Assembly (NCBI RefSeq): GCF_001194135.2
Contig: NC_069001.1
Coordinates: 21,445,652-21,480,635, forward strand
DNA length: 34,984 nucleotides
Reading direction: 5' to 3'
Origin: Octopus bimaculoides
Taxonomy: Eukaryota
Of this stretch, positions 22,901-34,951 are shown piece after piece. The notes below the pieces were generated by a model. That model ran no database searches. It was not told the origin of the DNA and saw only the letters and a list, made by a program, of their open reading frames with translations. Positions within the stretch are counted from its first letter, which is position 1; each line of letters opens with the position of its first letter. Both the position numbers and the translations under genes were made by a program.

Positions 22901-25196
22901 GTAATAAAACCCCAGCTTTAGCTTGAACGCCTCGTTGCTCTTCCCATCTGTAAATTACTGGAACAATTCAACTATTGGCTTCTTTTTATTTTTTATTCTT
23001 AGCACTTTGGTCACTCTCACATATCTACTATCAAATTTGCAAGCAGGCGGCAAATCCATTTTCGTCATCTTTTTCTCTTCCAGTTACTTAGCTGGGTCCA
23101 GATTATATGAAAGTATTATATAGAAGCAAACAAACGTTAATTCCTTATGTTTGTCATTTCTTAACTCTGTTCTGTGGAATTTTAACCTATTCAATCCTTT
23201 CCCTTTCGGAAAGTAATTTTATTTTTATCCATACAAATTTAATAACTGTGAATGCAGTTGTTTTGTTGTTACTTGAAACTATTCGAAATAATCATGCAGA
23301 GTTGTTTTGTTGTTTATATTTGCGGGGCAGACTTTAAAACATTAAATAATCTTCATTCTTACGAATAATTTAATATAATACATTAATTACGATATAGAAA
23401 GCAATCAGTCACAAAATTATATACTTCCAAAGACAACGGGCAAAACTGTACAACTGCTTAATGTTTGTCGGCACAATTCTGAATATATGTTAAAAACAGA
23501 AATAATTCTTCTCTATTAGATATTTCTCCAAGGTCGCTTATAATTAATAATATCATCTAAAAATAATAGCGGGTTTAATTATTTTGAAGCCAATAGATTC
23601 TGATAAAACATTCTCGCAAAACATTACAATATTTTATTCGAGTCTCAATAATCAATTCCCAGTGTAACAGAATTCAAGATTTTAAATGTTGAAAGTTTGC
23701 ATTTGACCCCGTAGTTAGAAGCGTATAAATACTATAGGAAAATACGAAAATATGTTGGAAATTATTATTAATGTAGAATTGAAAGCATGTTATTTAGAAT
23801 CAATGACAATCTGGAATATGTCATAAAATGTAAGTGTACATTATTATAATCTTAAAATTATTACATTCATTGTCGTTTGCTGGCCGATATATACAGAATG
23901 TAATTTACTTGACAGAACAAAACTAGATTACGACAACAGACTTAAAATGTTCTGGCTGTTATCATAGGAAAACAATTGTAAATGGGAAAAGAAACAATGA
24001 ATTGTTTCGTTTGCTTTGACAACGGAAAACAAAAGAAATATCTTTTTTTCTTTTTTTGTAAAAATCAAATTCCTTGGAAAGTATTTGTAATAAATGTACA
24101 CAATGGCGTACGCTAGTCTCTACGGGAGATTAAAGTTAAAGAGGATTTCAAGATGGTTAAGCAACTGATGCTTTTTATACTTATTAGATTTTACATTCTT
24201 CTTTTTACCTTGCTTATTTCCAGTTTTATGAAAAAAAATATAGACAGCAATTGTGCAGCATACAGACACGCGTACACGTATATCGATATTTGATACAGAT
24301 ACATATATGTGATTGTGTGAGTACGCCTGTCTCTGTCTGTCTGTCTTTCTGTAAATATATAAATGTATGCATATATATATATATATATATATTTACTCAT
24401 ATATGATTATATAGATATTTATAATACATAAATACACAAACGCATATACACACACGCACAAACATACACATATATGCATATACACACACACGCGTTCGGG
24501 TGCGCTCACACACACACACATTATTTTCCGTGTTCCAGAGAGAGATAGGAAACGAAAGAAAAAAATAAATCACATAATGAAAAAGTCGATATTAAAAATA
24601 TTTTGGCAAACAAGTTAAACATTTCTATTTTCAGGAACTGGATTTTTTTCTTATATTAAAACAAATCTGAATATTTAACCAGCGAAAACATTTTTTGACA
24701 ATTATCATTTCCTTTTATTTCTTTAATATAATTTGGAAATAGCATTAAGTCTTAGACAAAATGTATTCACTTTAGTAGAAATAGGGGAAAAATAATTTCT
24801 ATTTCTTTTTCTGAAATAATTTTTCTTGATAACCTATCTATTTTTTATTTGCTAATACATTATATTCTGCAGTGGCTGGTGTTGTTGGTAGCCTTGGTGG
24901 GAATGAAAATTTTGTTGATGACGATTATGTTAATGAATATAATGTAAATAAAGTTGTTTTAGATTTGTTCTTGCTTTATAAAACTGCAACAAATATGATT
25001 CAGGGAAAACAAAAATGTTACCGAAGTATTTGTCCAAAAAATTCATATATATTTTATCATGTCTTCTTTTCATAAAAGGATATCCATCAATAAAACAGAT
25101 TCATAATGTAGAGAAGATGGTCTTATAAAATATTCATCAGGAGTTTCAGTTTAGTACTGAACTTAATATAATATAAGCAAATTTGTGTGCATTTTC

Positions 25197-25390
25197 ATAT
25201 TGGTTGCAAATTTTGACAAAGGGACAACAATCTCACGGGAGGAGGTAAATCGATTACGCTGAACCCAGAATTCAACTGGTACTTATTTTATAGACACCGA
25301 AAGGATGAAAGGCAAAGTCGACCTCGCCAGAATTTGAGCTCAGAACGTAAAGTCAGACGAAATGTTGATAAACATTTTACCCGATGTGCT
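25197..25390 (-). mobile_element. SINE family B, minus copy, 5'-trimmed
   Basis: Reverse complement reads ...catttcgtctgactttacgttctgagctcaaattctggcgaggtcgactttgcctttcatcctttcggtgtctataaaataagtaccag... Confidence 0.85.
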
Positions 25391-25393
25391 TCA

Positions 25394-25590
25394 GAGCTGG
25401 CAGAATCGTTAGGAAAATGCTTAATGGTGTTTCGTCCGTCCTTACGTTCTGAGTTTAAATTTCGCTGAAGTCCAATTTGCCTTTCATCTTTTCCGGGGTC
25501 GATAAAATAAGTATCAGTTGAACAATGAGGTCGACGTAATCAGCTTACCCCTCCCCCGAAATTGCTCACCTTGTGCAACATTTGATAGCA
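25394..25590 (+). mobile_element. SINE family B, plus copy, directly abutting the minus copy
   Basis: gagctggcagaatcgttag...ttacgttctgagtttaaatt...ttgcctttcatcttttccggggtcgataaaataagtatcag... Confidence 0.85.
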
Positions 25591-26015
25591 ATATTCTTTC
25601 TTCACGTATTAATTATTCTGTATTAATTTTCCATATTCACGTATCTAGTACCTCTTTGCAACGCGTGCTAACGTTCCACGCCCACTCTGCTTACGAAAAT
25701 GCAATCTTACGTACCACTACTTCACAATGTACAGTGAAGCGTATGCTTCAAAAGAGCTAATAAAGTTTACCGCGAGTAAAGAAGGAAGTAAGAGAAACAA
25801 CTTTATTAGTTGAGGGCATTGATTTTGCACAGTGACTAATATTATTTCAGCAATTTTAATTAGATTAGTGACGCTCAGAACGAAATATATTCATACATAC
25901 ATATTTATCTATAATTGAATGTATCTAGATTCTCTCTTCCCCTCCTCCCCTCCTCCTCTTTCGTCTTCTCCTTCTCCTCCTCCAAAACATCATCATCCTC
26001 ATAGTTATCATCGTC

Positions 26016-26553
26016 GTCGCAGTCGTCATCATCGTCATCATCATCATTACTGTCGTCGTCCTCATCATCACCATCTAGAAATAACAGTCACGTCTTCCTC
26101 CAGATAACGCAAACATTTTGAGACTGTTACACAAAATAAACGGAATTGTCTGAACATTTGATCGAGTAACGACTGACCAGTGACCAAACAACAATCAGTT
26201 CGACAACAATATAAACAAATACTACTATATGATAAATGCAATGACAGTGTCTCGCTGGAGTTTACCCACAGCTCTTCCAAGAAGNNNNNNNNNNGTCGCA
26301 GTCGTCATCATCGTCATAATCATCATTACTGTCGTCGTCCTCGTCATCACCATCTAGAAATAACAGTCACGTCTTCCTCCAGATAACGCAAACATTTTGA
26401 GACTGTTACACAAAATAAACGGAATTGTCTGAACATTTGATCGAGTAACGACTGACCAGTGACCAAACAACAATCAGTTCGACAACAATATAAACAACTA
26501 CTAAATGCAATGACAGTGTCTCGCTGGAGTTTACCCACAGCTCTTCCAAGAAG
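26016..26553. repeat. Near-identical ~260-bp direct duplication on either side of a 10-N gap
   Basis: 26016-26284 and 26295-26553 match except for a few SNPs and one indel (caaatactactatatgataaatgc vs caactactaaatgc). Confidence 0.92.
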
Positions 26554-26899
26554 ATGCACTTAGAATGAGATCTCAGAAAGTCGAGTGGCTGTAACAATGC
26601 TTAAAACCTTTAAAGTTCTATTCAAAATATTTTCACACGAATATTTGGATATGTCTCTAAATCTCAACACTCAATTGTTTGTGTGTGTATGTGTGTATGC
26701 GTGCATGTGTGTGTATGTGTGTATGCGTGTATGTGTGTGTATGTGGCTGTGTGCGCTGGTTCATCTTTGTGTAAACATATCATTGTTATTCTTATTGTTG
26801 TTATTTTTATTTGTTTATTTGAGTTACCTACGTCACATCTTAACTCCTTTCCACTGCTGAGAGATGCAACACATTTCCTTAGCGTATGTGCTGTACCGA

Positions 26900-26917
26900 T
26901 TATTGTTATTATTATTA

Positions 26918-26957
<40 letters not shown>
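26900..26957. repeat. (ATT)n microsatellite
   Basis: Seen directly. Confidence 0.95.
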
Positions 26958-27148
26958 GAAGGTGGTGAGCTGGCAGAATCCTTGGCGATATTTCGTCTAT
27001 CCTTACATTCCGAGTTCATATTCCATCGAGGTCGACTTTGCCTGTCATCCTTTCGGGGTCGATGAAATAAGTACCAGTGAAACACTGGGTTCGATGTAAT
27101 CGACTGGCCCTCTCCAAAATTTCAGGCCTTTTGCCTATAGTAGAAAGG
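26958..27148 (+). mobile_element. SINE family B embedded in (ATT)n
   Basis: gaaggtggtgagctggcagaatcc...cgaggtcgactttgcctgtcatcctttcggggtcgatgaaataagtaccag; (ATT)n on both sides. Confidence 0.88.
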
Positions 27149-29660
27149 ATTATTATTATTATTTCTCTTTATCACAGCTCTTGTTGCAGCACCTGGCGTC
27201 TCACATGCGTAGCGGGCTTGCCACCTGCAGTCTCCGGTACCATGCTATTCGTTCTTTTAAGCTATCTAATATCTTCTTGATTATTCTGGCCGTACCAAGG
27301 AGTCAAAGCTTTTGTAGCAGTTCACTCTATTCTTATTTCTTTTATATTCTCCTTGATGTCTCCTGATACTGTTTCCAAGGTCCCAAATAATTGGCATTAT
27401 CTTCACGTCCTTCATTTTGCATAGCCGGGCTATTTCGTACTTAAGAGGGTTGTATCTATTTACCTTTTCGCCTTTCTTCTTGAATACGTGAGTCAAAGAG
27501 GCAAGCAACGTCAACTATATAGCCTATGTGATTCACCTTGTCCCCCACCACTAGGTCCGGTCTGTTATACTCTAGCACCTGATCTGTTTGGCTTGGGAAA
27601 TCCCAGAGGATTTTTCTAGTCTCTGATTCCGCCACTCACTGCGGTTTGTACTCACACCCCGTCTTGCTTCTCTCTAGCCCCCACTTTTCTCACATTTTCC
27701 AATGCAGCCCTTTTGCCACCTGATCGTGTCACCACAACTTGTAGTGGTTCGGTTAAGTCTAGGGCATTCGTTCGTGATGTGGGCAATGGCTTCATCTACT
27801 CTGTTGCAGATGCGGCTCAACAGGGACACTTGCTCATTCCTAAGGTTGACCGTCCAGTTCGTGGCCAGAGCTTGGCCTTGCGCTGCCAGCATAGTGCTCT
27901 CAGTCTCTCTTTTTTTTAGTGTTCCTTTCATCAGCCAATCCCACCTATTTTTTCCAGCAACTTCTGTTATGGCTGCATGGAATTGATTGTGTAGTCCCTT
28001 CCTACGTAATTCTTCGTCATGTCCTTTTTGTACTTCTTCTTTCGTTTTTCCTTTTTTCTCTGCTTTCAGACTCTCTCGTTCCTTACTGCCACTAGCAAGA
28101 TTACCTTACTTTGGGGTAGATATCTCATAAAGCTCTCGAGTTCCATACGCACACAATCTTTCACACTTATTAGTCCTCTTCCTCCATTTGCTCCCTTCAT
28201 GTAGAGGCGATCAGTGTCTGCACATAGATGATGGGCTCCATGTATCGTTAGAAGCTTTCTTGACTTTCTGTCCATCTCCTTTAGCTCCTCTTTGTCCACT
28301 TCCAAATTCCAACGCCATACCGAACTACTGCGACTGCTAGCGAGTTTATTGAAGCCAATATTTTTCTCACTCGCCGCAAGTACTCTCATTTTGTCTTTCC
28401 CTTCATGCCATTGTGTTTCATTCTATCTGCCTCAAGTATTCCCAGGTATTTATATCTGGATTGAGGTGGAATTGCCTTTATTTCACCACTTGGCAACCAT
28501 ATGCCTTCTGTTCTGAAACGCTTTCCTCATGTCATCACTATCGTAGCACATTTTGAGAGTCCAAACTCCATCATAATATCATTGGAGAAAATCCGCGCAG
28601 AATGGACTAGGCTGTTCAGTTCTACTTCAGTTTTTGTGAATAGCTCCAGGTCGTCCATGAATAGCAAATGGTTCAGTTTTCCTTTACCTCTTCCCAGATC
28701 ATACCCCAATTTGTTTTCTGCGGTATTTCACTCAAGGGGATCATTCCCAGCAAGAAGATCGGTGGTGCCGCACTGTCCTCCTGGAAGATACTTCTCTTCA
28801 TTTTCACCTCTCCTAATACTTCATTCCCTGCTGTCAATTCCGTTTTCCAGCATTTCATGCTATTGCATATAAGGCTTCTCATAATTTCTGCTACTCCATA
28901 CATGTCCATTGTTTTTATTATCCATGAGTGACGTATCATATCGCATGCTTTACGATAGTCAAACCCATGGTATGCTCAAGTTTGTGTGTCTTCACTTGCA
29001 TTTCCTAATAATTAGATTATCAATTAAAAGCTGATCCTCCGTTCACCGGCTCCTCTTTTGACACCTTTTCTGTTCAATAGTTAGCAGCCTACTGCTTTCC
29101 AGGTATCTATACAGTTCACTAGCCAACACACCAGGCATTAGTTTCCACATTAGCAGAAGGCACGTTATTTGCCTAAAGTTGGATGCAACATATCCCTTTA
29201 CATGATCCTTGGCACACGACATTGTCTTTCCCTTTGTTATCCAGCTGAATACTGTCCCTTTCTGCAAGCACTGATCTAGCTGTTGCGCTATCCTTTCATG
29301 GCGCCCTCTCTCTCAGCTTCTTCATCCAATAACCTTGGATCCCATCCGGTCCTTGGCTCTTCCTATTTGGGAACTGTTTTAACTGTTTTTTAATCATTTC
29401 TATAGTTATCGTTATGTCTTCTTGGTCTTCTATATTTCTTAACCTATCTTGAATTTCATGCAGCTACTCTGCTTCATCATTATGCTCTACAAGTTGGTCC
29501 CAGATTCCTCTCCAGAATGCTCTGCTTTCTTCTACATCTGATGTTGTTACGAGTAATTGCTCATCTAGTTCCTGAAACATTTTCTTCTGATTTGCTTCAA
29601 ACAGCTTTATCTCGTATCCGAGAATTCAGCTTCTTATTTGCTGAACGCTTCCTTTATGGC
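27149..29660 (-). mobile_element. 5'-truncated R4/Dong-like non-LTR retrotransposon (RT, CCHC, RLE), decayed, ending in (TAA)n
   Basis: Minus strand: ESRAFWRGIWDQ; ASNFRQITCLLLMWKL; KRSIFQEDS..P..F...MIPLS; LNHLLFMDDL (28661-28650); EFGLSKC; ELKEMDRKSRKLLTIHGAHH..AD.DRLY...GGRGLI; TESTMLAAQGQALATN; NRPDLVV; YEIARLCKMKDVKIMPII; LLGTARII. Then (TAA)n at 27163-27149. Confidence 0.9.
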
Positions 29661-29810
29661 GATAGCGTTGATGACTAAGTAGACCAATTCTTGTGGTGAA
29701 GTGTCGATGACAGTGATTACATGGTATTGTTGGTGTAGGACGAGGTTGATCTAGTCGATCCTTTCTCGCCTGTCGTTTGATTTCTTCCTTTTCTCTCATC
29801 TGGTGGTTTG
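29655..29810 (-). mobile_element. 3'-terminal ORF fragment of an RTE-clade LINE
   Basis: EKEEIKRQARKDRLDQPRPTPTIPCNHCHRHFTTRIGLLSHQR matches the KR..RK.R...CxxC.R.F..RIGL.SH.R C-terminal C2H2-like signature of RTE/BovB-type ORFs. Confidence 0.8.
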
Positions 29811-30333
29811 AAAATCCACATATAAATGAAGGTACCATATCTTGCACTTAAGAGGAAGCATGTGTAGTTGCTTCATGACAGCCCTTTACTTATCTTTTCA
29901 CGACATTTTGGTGTTAGGAACATATGATTAAATCCATAGGATTTTGGAGTGAATCTTTTGGAGTGCAATACCATTTTATGATCTTAGTATGACAAATCAA
30001 TGAAGTGAAAAAATAAGAGATGCTGCAATTGTTTCCATTCAGCGCATTATGTCCGACTCAGTAGACATATGATCAAGTATGTTTGTGCCTTATCAAACTG
30101 GGTCCTCGTTCAGGAATTGTATTGCCATTGAGTACATCTTTCATATTATTACATTTCTGAGACCTTATAGTGGATTATTAAGGAAAGATATTGACTAAAT
30201 TGTAACTATCAGACACCAGCCGAAATACATGATATCTTGTCGGATATGCGCTGGTTATTTTAAGTAATGTGATGGTGGAAAATCATGAAAGGGTACCGTT
30301 GTAACTATAAGCAATTCTATAAAACCAGTGCAG

Positions 30334-30640
30334 TTTTATCTTTTATCATTTACTTCTTTCACTCACTGGACTGCGTCGTGCTGGGGGCATCGCCTTCAAT
30401 GGTTCGTCAAACAAATTAATTCCAGTATATATTTTTTAGTCTGGTTCTTATTCTACTGACCTCTTTTACTGAATCAGCACTAATTATCATCAAGACAAAG
30501 ACGCACACATATATATGCATATTTATATGGCTTCCACACAGTTTCCGTCAAGCTGATTCACTCACAAGGCATTGGTCGGCCCTGGGCTATAGAAGAAGAC
30601 ACTCGCCCAAGGTGACGCACCGTGGGATTGAATGTGAAAC
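30334..30640 (-). mobile_element. SINE family A, degenerate minus copy
   Basis: cactcacaaggcattggtcggccctgggctatagaagaagacactcgcccaaggtgacgcac is the reverse complement of the family A head/core region. Confidence 0.82.
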
Positions 30641-31199
30641 TGATATTCTTAAGCGTATATCTATGCCTATAAGTATTAGCTTTGCTAACTTATGTTCATG
30701 ACTTGAACTAATTTCGTGATAATTAAATTTTATAGAATTAAATTTTGCCAAAGGGACACATCCTCCCTTGCATCATATTAGCAAAATTCACTAAGCTTCG
30801 CTTTTGTAATAAATGTAAGTAGGATGTATATTAATCAAATTGAAGGATTATGAAATATATATGAATTTGATAATATATTAGCAATCTCTAATAGGATTAA
30901 TCCTGACTAAAAATATTCAGTTGACTAATTACCAGAATGTATACACAAAAAGTATGTTGTTCCACTTCTGCCTGCAGAACTACGGCTGTCTGTATTTAGT
31001 CACTTGGCCTGTTAGAAATAGCAACAAAACCTCCCTCAAATTTTAAAGCGAGCACTTTTGAAGACAAGATGGATGCATTACGAAATGTATTCCTTGATAT
31101 TCTTAAAAATGATGCAATGGTAATTTCTGAAGCAGTTAACTCTGCTTAATGGTGGTTGACTTAAAATAAAATAGAGTAAAACCATTTGCTACTAAGGTT

Positions 31200-31920
31200 A
31201 AAATTATCATTATAATAATAATATGAATTGAAATTCATACTTACATTAATGATCACAGTCAAGCTCATCATTACCATCATCATCATCATCATCATCTTTA
31301 TCGTTGTCGTCGCTACGGTATTGTCGCGTTCGTCGTCGTCATATCGTGTTGAACGTCATTATCAAACTCATCGATATATCAGTATTAGCTACAATTATTA
31401 CATTATCGATTTAAGAACCACCAAACTTACCTACTTAGAGAAGAGTTTTGGAAAATACTTGCGCAGCAACCTCCTTATGAGGACATTCCATTCAAAAACT
31501 TCGTTAATTTTTCATGAGAAAAATCTTTTTAATTCGAAAACGTGGGCGATCTAAAGTTTACGGAACGTGGCAGAAAATTAAATGTAATTTGTTCATTGAA
31601 TGATCTAAGATCAATAAGGAAGTTAGCGAGAGTGATTGATGATGTTGATGATGATTATGATCATCTCAATCAGTATCAAGTGATTAAAATACATTAGATC
31701 CCGAACAAACAACATGATATCGTTCATTTTGATGATGAGGACGACGAAGATAATCGCAGTGGCGATGAAGATGGTCTTCATCTTTATCTTCTACAGTATG
31801 ATGATTGTTGTTTTGGTAGTGGTGGGGGTGATGATGATGATGATGATGACACTGATAATAATCATGAATATGAGCCTGGTCCTGATAATACTGATGATGC
31901 TCGTAATAACTAGAATATTT
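31200..31920. repeat. Degenerate (ATC/GTC)n and (GAT)n trinucleotide low-complexity tracts
   Basis: Seen directly; explains the poly-I/poly-M ORFs. Confidence 0.85.
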
Positions 31921-32116
31921 GCAATAACATTATTGTATTAGATATCATATTGATAAAATGTGATGAAACAAAATTAAGTATAGAAACCTGTTCAATTCTA
32001 ACTCTTAAGAAGTAATATTCAACTCCACTTAAACGTGCGTGTTCTGTTAGAACAAACTATTCTGTGGTAGATACCATGAGAGAAACTCTCATATTGGCAT
32101 TCTTCGTTTAACCTAG

Positions 32117-32131
32117 ACTTGGTCCCCGAAG
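32117..32131 (+). other. Candidate 15-nt frame-preserving microexon
   Basis: ttcttcgtttaacctag|ACTTGGTCCCCGAAG|gtaagg; good acceptor and donor. Confidence 0.25.
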
Positions 32132-32619
32132 GTAAGGGTAAACAAGACTTAGTGACTGCAACTGTAACACATGGTGGATTATACGGGACACGTCTCTCCA
32201 TTACAAGTGTTATAAACCATAATGCTTCTTGTTTTTCTCTCTATTTAACTGAGCCTAACTCAGTTCATTTAATAAACCATCAGTTTATTAAGTGTATATA
32301 TAGTACCATATGCTGTAATGTACTATAGAATATATCTATAGATTTGTTTGCTAACACTGTTTTACGACGAATGTAAATGGTGGGTTCATGCAGTAAGTTT
32401 ATGAAAAGAAAAGTGGGAGACGTTGAAGACATATTTTGATTCTTATAAGAATATTTGTCACCAACTGTGCACCCTCTTTAACTATCTGCGAACAAGTACT
32501 TCTACACCAGTTAATATTAGCGGTTAATGTAAACTGAATCGATTAATTTGCATATAAAATACTCTCTCGGCAACTAGATGAATTTTAAAATACAGTTGTA
32601 TTAATAATATTTTGTATCT

Positions 32620-32940
32620 GTGGAGGCGCAATGGCCCAGTGGTTAGTGCAGCGAACTCACAGTCATAGGATCGCGATTTCGATTCCCAGATCGGGCGTTG
32701 TGAGTGTTTATTGAGCGAAGGCACCTAAATCTCCAGGAGGCTTCCTGTTTCTGTTGTACCTGTATTTCAAAGAGCCAGCCTTGTCACACTCTGTGTTACG
32801 CTGAATCACTCCGAGAACTACGTTAAGGGTACACGTGTCTGTGGAGTGCTCTCGGCCACTTTCACGTTAATTTCACGAGCAGGCTGTTCCGTTGATTGGA
32901 TCAACTGGAACTCACGTCTTCGTCACCGACGGAGTGCAAC
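32620..32940 (+). mobile_element. SINE family C (tRNA-derived head)
   Basis: A-box-like TGGCCCAGTGG (32632-32642), B-box-like GATTTCGATTCC (32675-32686), and a GC-richer body unrelated to families A and B. Single copy in the window; the family was recognised from memory of octopus repeats. Confidence 0.72.
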
Positions 32941-33005
32941 GATTTTGTACCTATAGCGTAATATTGATAACACAGTGTATTATGACGACTTTAAACAATA
33001 TCTAC

Positions 33006-33399
33006 AGGTGTGACTGTGTGGTAAGATGCTTGCTTCCCAACCACGTGGCTCCGGTTAAGTCCCACAGCGTGGCACCTTGGGCAAGTGTCTTCTAATATAG
33101 TTTGGGGCCGACCGAAACTTGTGAGTGGATTTGGTAGACGGAAACTGAAAGAAGCCCGTCTTTATATATGAATATACTTATGTGTGTGTGTGTCTTTGTG
33201 TCTCGTTTATTCTCCCCTACCGCTTGAGAACCGGTGTATTTACGTCCTCGTAATTGGCGGTTCGACAAAAGATACCAATAGAATAAGTAACAGGCTGAAA
33301 ATAATAAGTCATGGGGTTGATTTATTCGACTAAAAATTCTTCAAGACAATGCTCCAGTTTGACCGCAGTCTAAAAACTGAAACAGATAAAAGATAAAAG
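33006..33399 (+). mobile_element. SINE family A, near full length
   Basis: Collinear with 18712-19113, including accttgggcaagtgtctt, the internal TA/TG repeat and the tail gaaacagataaaagataaaag. Confidence 0.88.
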
Positions 33400-34811
33400 C
33401 TATAATATATTACTGGACCGTACAATAGCCGTTACCTTCTGTTTTTTTTATGATAATTTGTTTATCAAACATAGCACAAAAAGCAACAGGAGAGAGTATC
33501 TCTTAGTTCTTCAAAATTGTTAGTTTACCGTGGAATAAATATTAGGATAATTGTCAAATTAATGAATGTTTTTATAGAATTTCAGATGCTTACCTATTTT
33601 TAGGAAGGTTCCAATCGATATTCAAGGAAGGTTTCAATCAATATTTTCTCGTATGTACTTCAGATAATATTCCTCTTCTAGGTCTGAAACTAAACTTGGA
33701 AGAGACATCACTATGTACTTGAAATTAAAGAAAATATCTAAATAAAGTAGCTACCGTCAAGCTTATTTAGCATAAATATACTACCTGAACATGAAATTTA
33801 TAAGACGAAGTGCAACGACATGTACATTTATAGTTGAGAAAATAACCACAGACAGATGTGCGTGGATCTTGTGTTTAACAACGGTAGTCATGTCTATATT
33901 TCATAACCATATAGTGAAATGAACAAAGCCAAAGAAAGTTATTGCTTCTATATGACAGAAAGTTATGAATTCAGTTAAAAATATATATCGCTTCCGGAGA
34001 TCCAAAAATATCAAACAATGTCGATCTCTAAACACACCAAAAATGCATTTCAAAAGCCATCTGACATTTTCAATATTACTACTGAAAAACAACGTAGCCA
34101 AAAAACATAGATAAGTCTATTAATAACATCAACTGAAATATATTTTCATGGTTTTATTAACGTTTAGCAACCTACCTACTCTTGTCACAATTTGGCGTCT
34201 GCATATATGTAGTATTCTATATAAATAACGATGTCCGTAAAAAGCTAGTGTATTTATATATACGTATCTACTTATGTATGTGTAGGTATGCATACATGTA
34301 TGTGTATGTAGATACATATATGTATACGTATAAACAAGCAGGTATTCATACAAGTACACGCCTATTGTCCCGAAAGTATTGCAAAAGTAAGCATAACTTG
34401 TTTATTAATAGACATAAGTTGTTCAAATTGCATATGTGGGTAGAATAAGTTTTCTCAACTCGAGTCTCCATCAGAAGCATTCTGTTTGTCCCGTCATTGA
34501 ACTAATCTCGTGAATCAGTTTTGAAAAAGAAATTCAGTGATGCACCGAATTACCCAATTCTTCAGAGCTCTTCGCGTCGTCTGCTATAATATCGTTTTTC
34601 CCAAAGGCTGACCATCATGGGGCCTAAAATATTAACCAACATTTCAAATGAAAAACAATATTTCGGTAAAAAATATTGCTGATGAAATAATTAGCTCAAC
34701 GAAGTCAACATTGTGTATGTAATAATTACTTCGAAATTATATACCCAATGATTTTTTTACGTAGAAGTCATGCTAGCAACTATATAGCAAATAAAATAAA
34801 AGTTTTAAGAT

Positions 34812-34951
34812 AAGTAAGAAGTTTGCTTCTCAGCCACATAGTTCTGGGTCCGGAACCACTGCACGGCACATTAGGCAAGTGTCTTACACTAAAGCTTCGG
34901 ACTGACCAAAGTCTTGTGAGTAAATTTGATAGACAGAAACTGAAAGACCGT

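Noticed and set aside
24872-25075. ORF after a ttctgcag acceptor-like site (VAGVVGSLGG...DDDY)
   Set aside because: Low-complexity GTT/GAT drift with no donor site.
32620-32700. tRNA-like sequence with A and B boxes
   Set aside because: No complete cloverleaf or acceptor stem could be drawn, and it continues into a SINE body. Called as a SINE head, not a tRNA gene.
33610-33660. Two ~21-bp tandem units (aggaaggttccaatcgatattc / aaggaaggtttcaatcaatatt)
   Set aside because: Only two imperfect units, a simple local duplication. There are no spacers, so it is not CRISPR-like; no CRISPR, rRNA or prokaryotic features were seen anywhere in the window.
34554-34623. Minus-strand AG...GT bounded segment
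   Set aside because: All three frames contain stop codons.
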